Part shown: one piece after another, positions 13,101 through 27,577 of the stretch
Position numbering within the stretch: position 1 is the first letter of the stretch
Layout of the letters: each line of letters begins with the position of its first letter
NCBI RefSeq assembly: GCF_009914755.1
Contig: NC_060935.1
Direction: 5' to 3' (one strand)
Source: the human T2T-CHM13v2.0 reference genome, Homo sapiens
DNA: 64,000 nt
The notes under the pieces: generated by a model
What the model saw: only the letters and a program-made list of their open reading frames with translations
What the model was told of the DNA's origin: nothing
Database searches by the model: none
Made by a program: the position numbers and the translations under genes

Positions 13101-13909
13101 TATCTATTATTGTTTTCCAATTTTACTTTACATAAATACATAATCATTTGAATGTTAGATGTGATCTTTCCACTTTTACATTCTATATCTTTACCCTTTG
13201 ATTCTTCATCTTACCTTGTGAAGTCTTAGAGTCTCCAACTTGGGAACACATCCTACTGTAGCATAGTTTTTGTCTGTATTTGGGAAATAATTTTTCAGCC
13301 TTCATATCATATCTACATTTCATTCAAAATTTCTCTAAGTATGGACTTCCTTTAAGTAGGACTGAGTGGGCAAGCAGTTTTATTTTGTTCAGCTGCCTTT
13401 ATTAAATTCATATTTGGTTATTTATTATAGAGTAATAAAATCTTACCTTTCTGTTATTTTTTTTCTCTTTTCAAGAAGCTTAGTTTTTTATATATTATCT
13501 CCTTTGTTTTCTGAATTCAGACATATTGTAGGAGTATTTTTGAGGAATTGAGAGGTTGTTTGACTTGTCTAAGGTCACATAATGATTGGCCTGTTTTTCT
13601 GCTATTTAATATAGCATGCATAATGCTGCCGATCTGCTTTTGATCTCGTGTTTCAGTTCTAATGACTTTCTTATTATTGAGACCAAGATCCTAACTCAAT
13701 CTTAGCTCTGTTGGGTCCTTGCTTCTCTGCCAGAGTGTCCATATCGATAACTTATCAATTATTCCATGTTCTCTAGAACTGAACTCCAGCCTTTTTCTAA
13801 CCAGTCAATCATAGGACTTAGATCTTAGACTTGGACCTAGGTCTTGGATCCGTGAGCTTGTTGACCAGATTCTGTGAAGCTGCCTACTTGGATCTTTAAA
13901 TCATACATC

Positions 13910-14430
13910 CTCCTCAGTTCTCCAGTGGGGTTAGCTTAATATGCCTGATCATGATAAATTTAAGCAGAAAATAGAAGTATTGGAGGATATTGATATAGGT
14001 ATGATAGGAGGTATGCAACAAGGAAATAAATGCACATCTAAGATCCTGCCTTAGGAATGATCTTATTAGGATGCTGCTGCTGCACTTGAATACTTGCCAC
14101 TGTGCATCTGATTTTGCCAACTCTGGGAAATCAGCATCTGTCACCAAAGTTGCAAATACAAATGTCTATTGCAGCGGATAATGTCTGATTGACCAATGCC
14201 TTCATACCACTTCCCAAGAGCTAAAGATCCTGGCAGAAGGCATCTGATTTTGTGTGCTGAAGTCACATATCCATGTTCTAGCTATCTGGGTGTAGGGAGA
14301 GGAAATATTTGTTCTCTTTGGAATCTACACTGCAAAGTGGGGCCATACTGCTAACAAATCTTGAGATAAATGTCAAAAAGTGAGAATGTGTAGTGGCTGA
14401 CCGGTTGAAACACAAAAGTCAAACACACCA
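13910..14430 (-). mobile_element. Old MLT1 (K/L-like) LTR relic
   Basis: catctgatttt...aagtcacatatccatgttctagct...agggagaggaaatattt pattern; highly diverged. Confidence 0.4.
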
Positions 14431-15620
14431 CCCACTATCTGTTCTCCCCTTGCTTGTAATAGGGTCCATATCCCTCTTAGCTGAGCCACCTACTATGTTC
14501 AGTTTTAGGATTCAGACCTTCTTCATCTGTTCTATTTAGCTGTGACCAACTCTCAGGACCAGATGTGTCCCAAGACCTAACAACCAGAATGTCCGTTCGT
14601 GATTCTTAAAGGTTTTAACAGTTTCCCCAGGCGCCTCTTGTCCCAATAGCTAATCTGCATGTAACTCAAAGAGCAACCACATTTCTTTTCTGTTTTTAGA
14701 GAAAACCACATTTGGATTTTATTAAGGATAAGCACATTTATCTACTCAAAGAATACAAAGAGAGCATATGTAGGTCTGCCTCTGTGCCTTTGTAAAATTG
14801 AGGACAAGTGAAAGCTTCAGGGGGTAATTTAAAGTATCAAAAACTGCAGCGTTGTGCCATGTGGGAAACACCGAGGTGTCCTCCTCTGGGAACTATTTTC
14901 TATTCATCATTTGAAGACATTTTTCTTAGCTAATATTTTTTTTTAGAACCTGTCAAAATGCCTGGGTATTGTTTGAAATGTCTACTATTTGTAAAGATAC
15001 CATCCGACATGGTGTTCTCTAGGTTAATTATTCAGAATAGAAAGGAGTTTTTATTTTAAATCCCTGTTCAGTGTGGGGTATGTTTTAATTTCATTGTGTG
15101 CCCTTTTGTTCCTGCATAATAGTAAAAAGGAGACAAGATTTTCCTAGCTATGTTAGACTCTGGAATCCATTAGCATTTTGTATTTTTCTGATATTCTACA
15201 ACTGGCGCTTATATCTGCATGTGTGTAATCATAACATTTGAAATTTCCTTTTGTTTAAAGGAAACAAATGGAGCTTTCATAAAAAATAATTTATTTTTGA
15301 ATATTTTAGCAAGTTTTGAGCAATGGATATTCTATTTCAAGGCAAAAGAACCTAGGCTAATAATGTGTTTCATGGAAACAAAGGAAACTTATACATTACT
15401 ATTTCCACAGTATTCGTTACCTAATTCACATTCTGTTTTAGCTCAGCTACAAATGGTAAGGTCACCTTTTTTTACTCCCTGCATGTAATACTGCAATCTC
15501 TTTAAGATATAGGTCTTTTTAGTCCTAACATTCTGATTTTAAATAACTTACTTAATTTAAACATGTAGAGTTCTTATGGACTTGTTACCTTAACTATGGT
15601 TTTAACCTCTTGCTAGCCTT

Positions 15621-15623
<3 letters not shown>

Positions 15624-15665
<42 letters not shown>
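15624..15665. repeat. (AC)n microsatellite, about 21 units
   Basis: Direct reading. Confidence 0.98.
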
Positions 15666-15667
<2 letters not shown>

Positions 15668-15878
15668 TTATTAGTATTAGTAACATTTTAAAAATTCATT
15701 TAGAAATATTTAAGATAAACTAAAAAGTATCAGGAACAATACCACGAAGAGCTCATCTCAAAGCACCTTCCACTCTGCTTTCTGACCCTCTGTGATCAAA
15801 GAATCTCTTCCCTTGCATCTGGGCTATTATTTATTTCTTTTGGTCATCATTTCTCTGTCATTTAGAACTGCCATCATC

Positions 15879-16177
15879 AGCTGGGCATGGTGGCTCATGT
15901 CCATAATACCAGCACCTTGGGAGGCTGAGACAGGCAGATCATTTGAGGCCAGGAGTTCAAGACTAGCCTGGCCAACATAGCAAAACCTGTCTCTACTAAA
16001 AATACAAAACTTAGCTGGGTGTAGTGGCGCACGCCGGTAATCCCAGCTACTCGGGAGGCTGAGTCAGGAGAACTGCTTGAGCCTGGGAGGAGGAGGTTTC
16101 AGTGAGCCGAGATCATGCCACTGCATTCCAGCCTGGGTGACAGAATGAGATTCTGTCTCAAAAAATAAATAAAAAAA
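15879..16177 (+). mobile_element. Alu (S/J) element
   Basis: Full dimer and A tail; tagaactgc repeated on both flanks. Confidence 0.96.
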
Positions 16178-16226
16178 TAGAACTGCTGCCATCTCTTCTT
16201 TCCTCTGTCCCATCAGGTTCTGTAAG

Positions 16227-16528
16227 ACAGGACTGACCAAATATAATTATATGTGTGTGTATAATTTAAAAATTTTATTAACCAAATTTTTTAAAGTAAG
16301 AAAAGGTAAAATTAATTTTAATAGTACATTTTATTTAATCTACTATATCCTAAATATCATTTCAACTTTTTATTAATATAGAATTATTGAGATATTATAT
16401 AATTTTTTCACCAAGTCTGAAAGCTGGTATGTATTTTATACTTATAGCACATCTTAAATTTGGATTAACCCCATTTCACATGACTAATTTCACATGTGGC
16501 TAATGGCTGCCATATTGGATAGTACAGT
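16227..16528. mobile_element. MER33-like hAT-Charlie MITE
   Basis: aaattaattttaatagtacattttatttaatct...gtatgtattttatacttatagcacatctt...cacatgtggctaatggctgccatattggatagtacag. Confidence 0.8.
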
Positions 16529-16530
16529 AA

Positions 16531-16872
<342 letters not shown>

Positions 16873-17439
16873 TGGGAACATAATCTTTATGTTGACATTT
16901 AACTCAGCATTTTTCTTTGTTTTGTTGTTGTTTGACTTTACTGTAATGTAAGTTGGGTGGAGAGAGGATGCAGCTAAGTGGAGCAAGGATTGGGATTGAG
17001 TGCCTCTCAGTATAAGTGGGAGAAACAAGAGGTCAGGAAATCTACTGTATTAGTTAACTAGATTAACGTACTTGAAGATACATCCCTGCAAAATGGATTT
17101 TACTGGTCAGTTTGTTTGTCTTAGAGTGGTATAGTGTATGTGTTCATTTATCTTGTTCCAGATATGACCAGGTTTTAAGATTCTGAATAGTTCCTATGTC
17201 ATAGAAGAAAAGGATGAAGCTATGCCCCCAAGAATGCATAGGGCTTGGAATTAGTTTCTAAATGAAATTGGTAGAGTGTGACCTTCAAGATCTTCAACCT
17301 GTTAGATATTACTCACAGAATTATTGGCGGTGATGGGGCTGGGTGGTGTCTCATACAGAGAATAAACAGAGCCAGAGACTGTTTATGTATTTGCCACCTT
17401 TTGCATACTATGGACAACAATCACTAGTTTATGAATTTG

Positions 17440-18060
17440 TTCAGTATACACTCTTTGTGTAATTATATGTTTTAAATAATTCAATACAACAATTTAATTG
17501 AAACATGAAATGCAGAAAGACTTAAATCACAGCTGGTATATACCCAAGATGTTTATAGTTAGGAAGGGAGACATGTAATACTGTGAAAGTATAATAATAA
17601 AAATTGGTATAATTTTAAATGATTGCACTGAGAAAGGAGGGATTAAACCTGTCTATGAGACTGTGAGACTTTACTAAGTTAATGACACCGCTGCCTGAGT
17701 TTTGAACAAAGAGCAGGTGCTTGAGAAATTTGGAAACACTGGTCATTCAAACACAAGTTCACATGGGGAATGTTAGGGTAATTTCAAGTAAATTGGTGTC
17801 AGAGGAGTATGAGCTGTCAAAAGGGAGTGGCAGGAAATGAAGATGGGAAGACAGGCAGACTCAGGTCATAATGGGGTTTACCACTGTGCTAGGATCTCAT
17901 CCTTCAGAATTTAGTTTAAAACACAATGCTTTTACAGTCTTGTTGAGAATGGGTGGAGCATGGCGGGAAGATGATCTAGAGACAGATTGTTTTAAAAAGC
18001 TTTTAGAATAGTCTGGAGGAAGGATGATGATAGTCAGAAGTAAATCAATGGTAGTTAAGA
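17440..18060 (-). mobile_element. L2 relic
   Basis: Purine-rich text ggcaggaaatgaagatgggaagacaggcag...gaatagtctggaggaaggatgatgatagt typical of reverse L2. Confidence 0.55.
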
Positions 18061-18088
18061 TGGGTTTGGCAGCTACGCTTTTGGTGGC

Positions 18089-18818
18089 TATAGTGGGTGG
18101 AATTGTGTTACCCTAAAGCCATAGTTTGAATCCCTAATCCCCAATGTAACTATATTTGGAGATACAGTATTTAGGGAGGTACTTAAGGTTAAATGAAGTT
18201 GTATTCATCATCTTGGGCTGTCATAATAAAATACTGTATACTGGGTGACTTGACACAAATTTATTTCTCATAGTTCTGGGGGTCAGGAAGTCCATGATAA
18301 AGCTGCCAGCAGATTTGGTTTCTGATGAGGGTTCTCTTCTTGGCCTGCCTTTTTCTGTGTCCTCAGATGTTAGAAGTTCTGGTGTCTCTTTCTCTTCTTA
18401 TAAGGGCATTAATTTCATCATGAAAGTTTCAGCTTCTCGACCTCATCTAAACCTAGTTGTCTCCCAAAGGCCCTGCTACCAAATACCATCACATTGGGGG
18501 TTAAGGCTTCAATATATGAATTTTGAGGGGGGTGGGTAAAGATGCAGTCTCTAACATTCATAAGGGTGAGGCCCTAATGCAATAAGATTGGTGTGTTTAT
18601 AAGAAAAGGAAGATACACCAGGACTGTATGCCCATAGAGAAAAAAGTCATATAAGAACAGAGAGAAGGCAGCAGTGTGCGAGTCAAGGAGAGAAGCCTCA
18701 GAAACCAAACCTGTGCGCACCTTGATCTTAAATGTCTAGCCTCCAGAACTGTGGGAATATAAGTTTCTGTTGTTTAAGTCTGTGGTGTTTGGTTTGGCAG
18801 CTCTGGCAGACTATCACA
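18089..18818 (+). mobile_element. MLT1 (A/B-like) LTR interrupted by a second MLT1
   Basis: gaattgtgttaccctaaa...tatttggagatac...aaggttaaatgaagt | ttcataagggtgaggccctaat...cctccagaactgtggg...gcagactatcaca. Confidence 0.85.
18200..18557 (-). mobile_element. MLT1A-like LTR nested in opposite orientation
   Basis: tgtattcatcatcttgggctgtcataataaaatac...tttatttctcatagttctgggg...caaataccatcacattgggggttaagg...cagtctctaaca. Confidence 0.85.
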
Positions 18819-20128
18819 GTAGCTGATTTCAAATAGATGTAAACTGTGCATTGTTTTTATATATGGGTTTTTTCATTGTTTTCTCTGCACCCTCTTGACT
18901 TGGTAGGAAGCTTGAGAAACAAAGTTCTTTAATTACCTTGTGAAATTTAAGAGGATAAGATGGCTAAGTTAGAAGAAGTTAGTGGAATACCAGGACAACT
19001 GTGTGAGTCTCAATTCTGTACAAACATTTCTATTCACCCTCAACAAGCTAATCTTAGACTTTAAATGTCCACTTAAGGTACCTAGATAACTGTGGGGTGT
19101 TTGTTCCTTTATTGACCTAATTAGCCAAAGTGACATTTATTGGCTAAGTCCTGTTTTCTCCTGCCTTTAGTGTTATACACACTAGATACTACATTTTTAA
19201 TCTATTATGGAAAGAGTTTCACTTGTCCCACTTCTGAAAGAAATCATAGTGTTATAAAATGCATTAGTTGTTTTGGCTTTTAAAAATAGAGTAAGGTCAA
19301 GGAAAGTACAATTCTTCTTGAGAGCACCCAGAGTCTTCTCCTGTGTTACATTCTTGTCAAGAAGATTGAAGGAGAACAAAAATCCTCTGATTTGTGCCTC
19401 ATTTTAAAGACTTTGACTCTGTTTCCTTTATGAAGCCACTTCATGGGAGGTGTAGTAATTAAATGTAAATACCTACATTTAATTGCCTGCTTTTTCTCTA
19501 GATGATAACATTTTTAATAAATATTCTTCACCAGTATCTTCTTTATTTTCTTTTTATTTCCTTTCAATTCAATTACTTTCTCACTGACATTCCTTCTCAT
19601 AGAGACTTGATTATTTATTTTAAATGATTTACCATCAATTTGTTTTGATTGACAGCATTTTGTAGATAAAACACGTCTAATTATTCATGTTGAGTTATTG
19701 TTATTAATCTTGAAAGGTTGAATCCAGAAAGTTTTACAGTATTTCCCAGCTCATGACCTCATGGTGCCATTCGCAGAGGAAGCTGACACTTCTCTACAGT
19801 GATCTTCACTTTGACTGCCTATGGTATGTCCTATGGTTTTCTGTTCTTCCTTAGAAACTGCTGAGGTCTATGGCCTGGAATTTGTCCATTCCTTGGATTA
19901 ATAGTAGAAACGTCTATACCCTAGTCATCTCAGGTAGGCCCAAATTTTAAATACTCTACATGCTGATGACTTCAGAATTTTTGTATCTAGTCTTCAACTC
20001 CCCCTTAGGATCCAACCTTCTGAATCTAAGAGGCAACTTGACAATTCTGCCTGAATATCAAATGAGCATTCCGGAGTTACCTTTTCAATAAATGAACTCT
20101 TGACTTGCCCTCAAATCTCTCTGTTCTC

Positions 20129-21250
<1,122 letters not shown>

Positions 21251-21604
21251 GAGACTTAGAAGCGCACAAAAAATCTGTCTTTTCTCTAGTATTTCCTATT
21301 TCTATAAATAGTACCATAATCCATGTAGAGGCTAAGGCCGAAACTTTTGATCAAATGAAAGAAAATGAAAGGAAAAAAGAGCATGTGACAATCTAAAACA
21401 AATAATAAATGTACAGATGAAGAAACAAATAAAATGCTAGTTGACCACTCACTAAATGTAAAAACATGGCCTTTTGTTATTAAAAGACAATGACATTTAG
21501 AGTAATTCAAAAAACAAAAATGCCAATGAGATAACTTCTTCCCAAGCTTAAAAGTCCTTACTAGCTTTCTTTGTTCGTAGGATAAAGTTGAAACACCCTA
21601 CACT

Positions 21605-22150
21605 GTATATTTATTAGGGTTCTTTATATACTGAGTAACAGGAAAGAACTCAAGTTCCTTAAACAATGGAGGAAAAACATTGACTCAAGCAACTGAAAAG
21701 TCCAGACATAATATACATACATAAGGTTCATTTTCAGAGCGGATTGACCTAGTGAATCAATATTATCAGGACCAGCATTATTTTTCTACATGTATTGGCT
21801 TTCATTATATAGTGTTGCCCCAGTCTCAAGCATAACCTCCATTTGTGGTCTGAGAATGTCTGTGAGAAGCCACATACTTTTCAGTTTTAGGTCCTAAGAG
21901 ACAAGAGAGACTCTTCTCCTGGAACAATTCAAACCACAGTGCCAGGATTGTGTTCTTGGCCTATATAGACCTGACTTGGGTACTGTTCTTTTTGGCAATA
22001 ACTTTAGACAATGGGATGGAACATTGTGGTTGGCTTGAGCCCTGGTTGGCTTAAGCAGTTAAGGCTCACTCTGATGGAGATTAGGTCAGTTCTTCCCAAA
22101 TACCAAGGATGAAAAATTTGAGATATGTTAAGAAATAGGGAACTTTTCCT
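21605..22150 (-). mobile_element. Old MLT1 (J/K/L-like) LTR relic
   Basis: ttagggttcttt...agtaacaggaaagaactcaagttccttaaacaatggagg...attgactcaagcaactgaaaagtccag. Confidence 0.55.
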
Positions 22151-22789
22151 GCCTTACTTTAGACACTGCAGTTCTCTTAATCCTCCTAATCATGAGGATC
22201 AGTCATGAGGTTGGCAATTGACGAATACCTTATTGTAGTTGCACTCAAGAATACCAGGTGTCTCTTCCTGCCACCGACCTTCTGGAGTATGAGTCTCCTC
22301 CCTTGTTCAGTATTCTCCAGTTATGTTGGTCTTCTTTTCATTCCTTGGACACACTGAGCTCTTTCTTGATTCAGGCCACATTTGCACAAGCTATTCCCTC
22401 TGCTTGGAAGTCTCTTTCCCCATTGTTTCACATGGCTAGCTCTTTCTTTTTCTTTAGATCACAGCTTAAAATCACCATTTTAATGTGCTCTTCTTTTGAC
22501 CACTTACCTACAGAAAACCAAATATGCCTCCATGCACCCTTTTTCTCACCTTAGGTACTTTTCATTGTTCTATTTATTTCCTTTAGAGTACTCACCAGAA
22601 TCTGTAATAGTTTGCTCATTGACTTGCACATTTATTTATTATTTTCTCAAGGATTTTAAGCTTTATGAATGGTGGGGGGAGATCATGTCAATCTTATTCC
22701 ATACTCGATTCTCACTATATAAGAAAATATCTAGAACACAATTGGTGTTTAAGTATTTGTAAAGTAATAAGTGAATGGTCTCCTAAAGC

Positions 22790-23430
22790 CATAAAAATCA
22801 CTGTGTTGGAAGGAAATTAAAAGGTCATCTCTGATAAATGGGCATCCAATTTCTGCCTTAACAACCCAGGTGACATGGAATTTACTATCTCCTCCAGGCA
22901 TTCCATTCCACCTTTGGGTATCCGTGACTATTAGAATGCTCTTCCTTTTTTTTTTATTGAGTTAAAAAATATCATCTCACTGTAATTCAGATATGCTGAT
23001 GCTAGGTGTATTCCTTGGAATCCAATTTATGTATAATATTCTTTCAAGTTGTTGAAGTCAGCTATCACATCCTCCTCCCTTTCTGTGTCACCTCTTCTCT
23101 TTACCTTTCCCTAACTTCTTCATCTATTTTTTATCTAACAAGATTTTATCTAATACTTCCTCACCATCCTAGTGACTCATCCATTAACATGGTCCAGTTT
23201 GTCTGTTTTCAGTTGTGTTCAGTGATACACACAATATCATTCACTGTTCATTGGGCGAGACCTTCCCTGCCTTATTTTAGAGATTGCAATTTTCTTAATC
23301 CTCCTAAAATCTCTGAGTTACTGATTCAGATTAAACCTATGGCCAGTTAAAGCTCATAAGTTTTTTTTCCCCCAGGTGCTGTTGTTAAGCTGCATGGCCA
23401 TCAACTTGTAAAATTATGCATATTTTCAAT
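22790..23430 (-). mobile_element. L3/CR1 LINE relic
   Basis: gttggaaggaaattaaaaggtcatct...ccaggtgacatggaatttactatctcc...ccattccacctttggg...tattagaatgctcttcc. Confidence 0.65.
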
Positions 23431-24349
23431 GCCTCATCTTTCTCTGTTGTAACAGGCACAGAATTGTTTCTCTGAAGAAGATTTTGTGAGATCAGGTGGC
23501 CATTTAGGTATTTGCATTGGTTAAACTTCTTCAGTCCTACGAGAGGACTTTATTGCTACCTTCTTCCTAATTATTTGTCAGTGCATATGACTCAATTCTG
23601 TATTGGTGATGCAGTGTATCTGCAGTCTGAACCCTAAGGAGAGATAAAAGCTTGATGCTACTATTGCATAATTCTTATCAGAAACCCGGGATTGCCTGAA
23701 GGATATTCAGTCTACCCATCATTCCAAATACTGTAAATTATACCTTTTAATCTTGCCAGATAACTGGAGTAATGTTTATAGGGATCATGGTGACCAACAC
23801 GGAGGGATGTAAGAGGGAACAACCAAGTGAAATTTGTTTGTAGGTATATGTTTAAGGATGGATGTTGTTTAGGGTTCCACACAGGGTACTCTCCTGTTTT
23901 ATTCTAAAGACCTAAGGGAGAAGTATTTCCCATGTTTCAGTATAAAATAAAGAAAAGCTGGAACTTGCTAGAAAGAACAGCGTGTTCTTATTTTATAATG
24001 TTGTGTATCTGGTAACCATGTTTCTCATTTTCATTTGACTCTTAGGAAGCTTAGATCTATTTTTTGATTCACATGTAATACCTATGCAGAACTCCAGGGT
24101 ATACATTTCTGTTGCTGATGTTACTGTTGGCTTGACTATTCTCCTACCCATATTTTCCTTTCAACATTAAAATATAAGATTTGATTTGTGATTTTCTATT
24201 CTATGATGGGCTATGCTAATTGGAGCTTTATTTTGCATGCATTCTTTCCCATATTCTTTCTCTTAGTATGTTTAGGCAAACCCCTTCCTTACTCCATATG
24301 TACCTAATGGGACTGTAAATCATAATTCCTTGGTCATCTTTTGGCACAG

Positions 24350-24800
24350 AAGTAGTCATGTGACCAGGCTGACTCCTAGGCATTGAGGTGGCGGTGGAGT
24401 CCCTCCTGCCGGGCACCCGGAGAGTGGGACAGAATCAGCCTGCTGAGCCCGATGCAAGTGCTTGCACCCCAGAGTCCCCCCAGGAAGAGTTGCCATGTCA
24501 CCCAGCACTGGCAGATGTCCCCAGGTCGTCCACCGATGCCTTTTATGGCAGGAGGAAGTGCGGCTGGACCAAGAGCCCTCTCTTTGTAGGGGACAGGGAC
24601 AGTGCAATGCGGGCTCCTCAGGCTTTTGAGCACTCAGATGTGGACAGGGTTGTCATCAGCACAGACCACATCCCTGAGCCTGAACCCAGCCTCTTGGAGT
24701 CCAAGTTCTTTGAACAAAAGGATGTGGAGGCAAAACCACCCTTCAGGTCCACTTTGTTCCATGACTCCTTCAATACATGACTGGGATGTGATCTAAGCAG
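24350..24800 (+). pseudogene. Candidate protein-coding-derived exon (disabled, or a terminal coding exon) of an unidentified gene
   Basis: GC-richer non-repeat island; acceptor tcatcttttggcacag|24350 (alternative ctgactcctag|24380); donor cag|gtgaat at 24800/24801; open frame 24373-24777 encoding GIEVAVESLLPG...DAFYGRRKCGWTKSPLFVGDRD...KPPFRSTLFHDSFNT, then TGA. Confidence 0.6.
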
Positions 24801-25278
24801 GTGAATTAGAATAATCCCAAAACTCATCTGTCGAACGTGTTGGGAAAATTTCTTGTCCTCTTGGTTCATAACTACAAGGGTATGGGCCTTGGACTGCATA
24901 TTTTCTTTCATGTAGCTCTCTCTTATATTGCTTGTCTATGAGGCTGTGATGAGAGAATTTGGCTGATGTACAACTAGAAGCAGTGGCAAGTAGAGACAAG
25001 ACAGAGATACAGGGACACACACATCTTGAAGACATAATTTAAAATCCAACCAGGAGTAAAGGCTGATCCACTTTATGTATCCCAGTTTTATACCACAATA
25101 TATTGCTATTTTTCCTCCAAAAAAATTTAAGCATGTTTTCTGTCACATTTACCTAATATATAATATTGCCTTTTAAAAAACTATATGCACTTTTGTAAGC
25201 TTCCTTACAAATACTTTGTTGAATGAGTGTCAGTAGCTGTCTATCCATCCATGTAAACATACAAATGTGTCTTTCCAG

Positions 25279-25350
25279 TATATATATATACTGTATTATA
25301 TATATACTGTAGTTTATATATATACTGTATTATATATATATATATATCTG
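25279..25350. repeat. (TA)n-rich repeat with recurring tatatatactgta unit
   Basis: Direct reading. Confidence 0.9.
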
Positions 25351-27537
25351 TCACTCTATATAAAGTATATGTACAATTGTTTTTATAAAACAAGTGAAAA
25401 AATTTACATTTATCTATATATGACTGCATTTCATGGCACTTGACTCCATTTTCTTGGCTTGCTATAATCCTTCTTGATTTATGTTCTATTAACTTACCCT
25501 TTTTCTTTTTACTAACATGTTATCTATCATTTGTAGATCTGATCATTATAAAATAGGTATCTTCATATAAATTATTGATTCTGTGATAAACATGGCAAGC
25601 TTTGGGCACATAACTGTTTTTAGAGACCATCCTACATGCAGGTACAGCCTATTAATGAAGATTTAGGTTAGGTTGTTTTTCATCAGTGAATACGTACATA
25701 TCCAGCCTTTGCCTTACGGCTGTCCTCTAGATGTTTTCCTAATATTCTGAAACATCATGTTTTCTACATTTTCTCATCTGCTGACATAATGATTTCACTA
25801 AACTTTGATATCAGTTCCTGTAGAACTCCTAACAAAGGGTGCCCATTTTAGCCCCATTGTTTTAGATATTTTTTCTTATCTCAAAAAATGAGTTTACTGT
25901 GGAACTTGTGTACTATATATAATTATACACACACACATACACACACAAAGAAGAAGAAGAGAGCAAAATTCATCTGTAATCTCACGACAAGAAATAATAA
26001 TTGTTAACATTTTGGTACATATACTTTTATCCTTGTCTATGCACAAAATAAACATGTCTGTATATTTTTTAACGAAACTATGATAGACCCTTTTGTAAAT
26101 TGCTGTTTCACTTAACAAACTGCGAGTGTTTCTATGTTATTAGCATTTTAATACCATATGGATTTTCTCTATTTTCGGATATTTATATAAGCTGCTTACA
26201 ACTGTCAGACAACTAGTTTTCTTATTCTAACTTTTGTCTTATAATCTAAAGCCACTGAAGCTTGGGCTCCTTTGCGTTTCTGAATTAGGATATAGATGCT
26301 GTTGTACTTTGTCCTCAAGAAACCTACTTTATTACTGTAAGATATTTCTTAGGGTCCAGAATGGAAATTCCCTATATTAAATTCAATACTACAGTGCTCT
26401 TCTGGGGCTGCAGGGTGTGAATTTGGGTTTCTAATGCTTCTCCCTTAGTCTCTTCTCCCATTTTTGAACCAAATTAAATCAGTTGCCCTTAATTCTTTGT
26501 TATTATTTCATTTGCACTGATCTTTTCTTAGTAAGATGTTTTTATTGTAATGAAAATAAAGTATTCTTCTTATGACTTTTGCAATTGAAATTACATTTTC
26601 ATGTTTCTGAACTTTCTTTGAACCTGATGAAATGTACTTATGATTATCTGGTTTTCAAAGGCCCAAACAATTGTGTTTCAAATTTGTCTCTAACATTTAG
26701 CTACTGTGAAAATCCAAGAAGGGCGTTTTAAAAACTGCACCGCAAAGGGTATTTTTTGGATCTACCTATTGAACGCCACAGGGTCATTAACATCTCATCT
26801 GGCCTATATGTCTCCTCAGCTCCTTCCAAATCTAAAATTCTAGTCTCCTTCTTTAGATTCTAACTACTAGTAATTCTGCAGGACAAAACCACATCAGTAG
26901 ACCAAGGAATTGCTACGTTTTAGCTCAAGCTTGTTAGCACAGAGTGGTTTTCTCTATGATTTCTGGCTTCGTGTATCAGCCTGTGGGTTGGTTGGGTTTA
27001 AAGCCACATTTAACCAGCCAGGCCCAAGGTCTAGTGAAATGTGACTTTGCAGGGCTGAATTTCCGTTGATAGCATGCTCCTTCTCCGTGATCATGCAGTT
27101 GATCCCAGCTTTAAATCAGTCTCTATTCCCCTTTGCTGACTTTGAGAAAATAGCCATTATTCCAGGTATTATCCCCAAAATAGTTTTGTTTACATATCTA
27201 GTCCTGAGTGTATACCACTACCTTCTCCGAGGGATTAATCCCATGGGCTATTTTTAATTATTTTTTTTTCTCTAGTCTCTGTATTCAACAATGATACTTC
27301 TACAAATAAGACCATTTATGGAGTATTTACCGTATGCCACACACTATGCCAAATACTCTATCTGCATTTTCAGGAATGAGACATTTTGCACACATTTTCA
27401 GATGTAACTCTTATATAATTCCTTTTTAAATGCAGTTTAGCTTAACCTAGATATTTTGGGTAAAGAAGTGGAGGAAAATGGGTATTTTTTAAATGTAGGC
27501 CTTTCATGGATCTTGTAAGACTTCACTCTTTGGCAGG

Positions 27538-27577
27538 TGTGTGTCTGTCTGTGTGTGTGTGTGTGTGTATGTGTGTG
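27538..27577. repeat. (TG)n imperfect microsatellite
   Basis: Direct reading. Confidence 0.9.

Noticed and set aside
14622-14645. Possible CTCF site (caggcgcctcttgtcc)
   Set aside because: Only a partial motif match; cannot be supported without ChIP data.
19455-19486. 11-bp perfect inverted repeat aattaaatgta/tacatttaatt
   Set aside because: Short and AT-rich; plausible by chance in 64 kb.
24356-24633. Minus-strand ORFs over the candidate exon
   Set aside because: Shadow frames of a GC-richer segment; the splice signals and the longest frame are on +.
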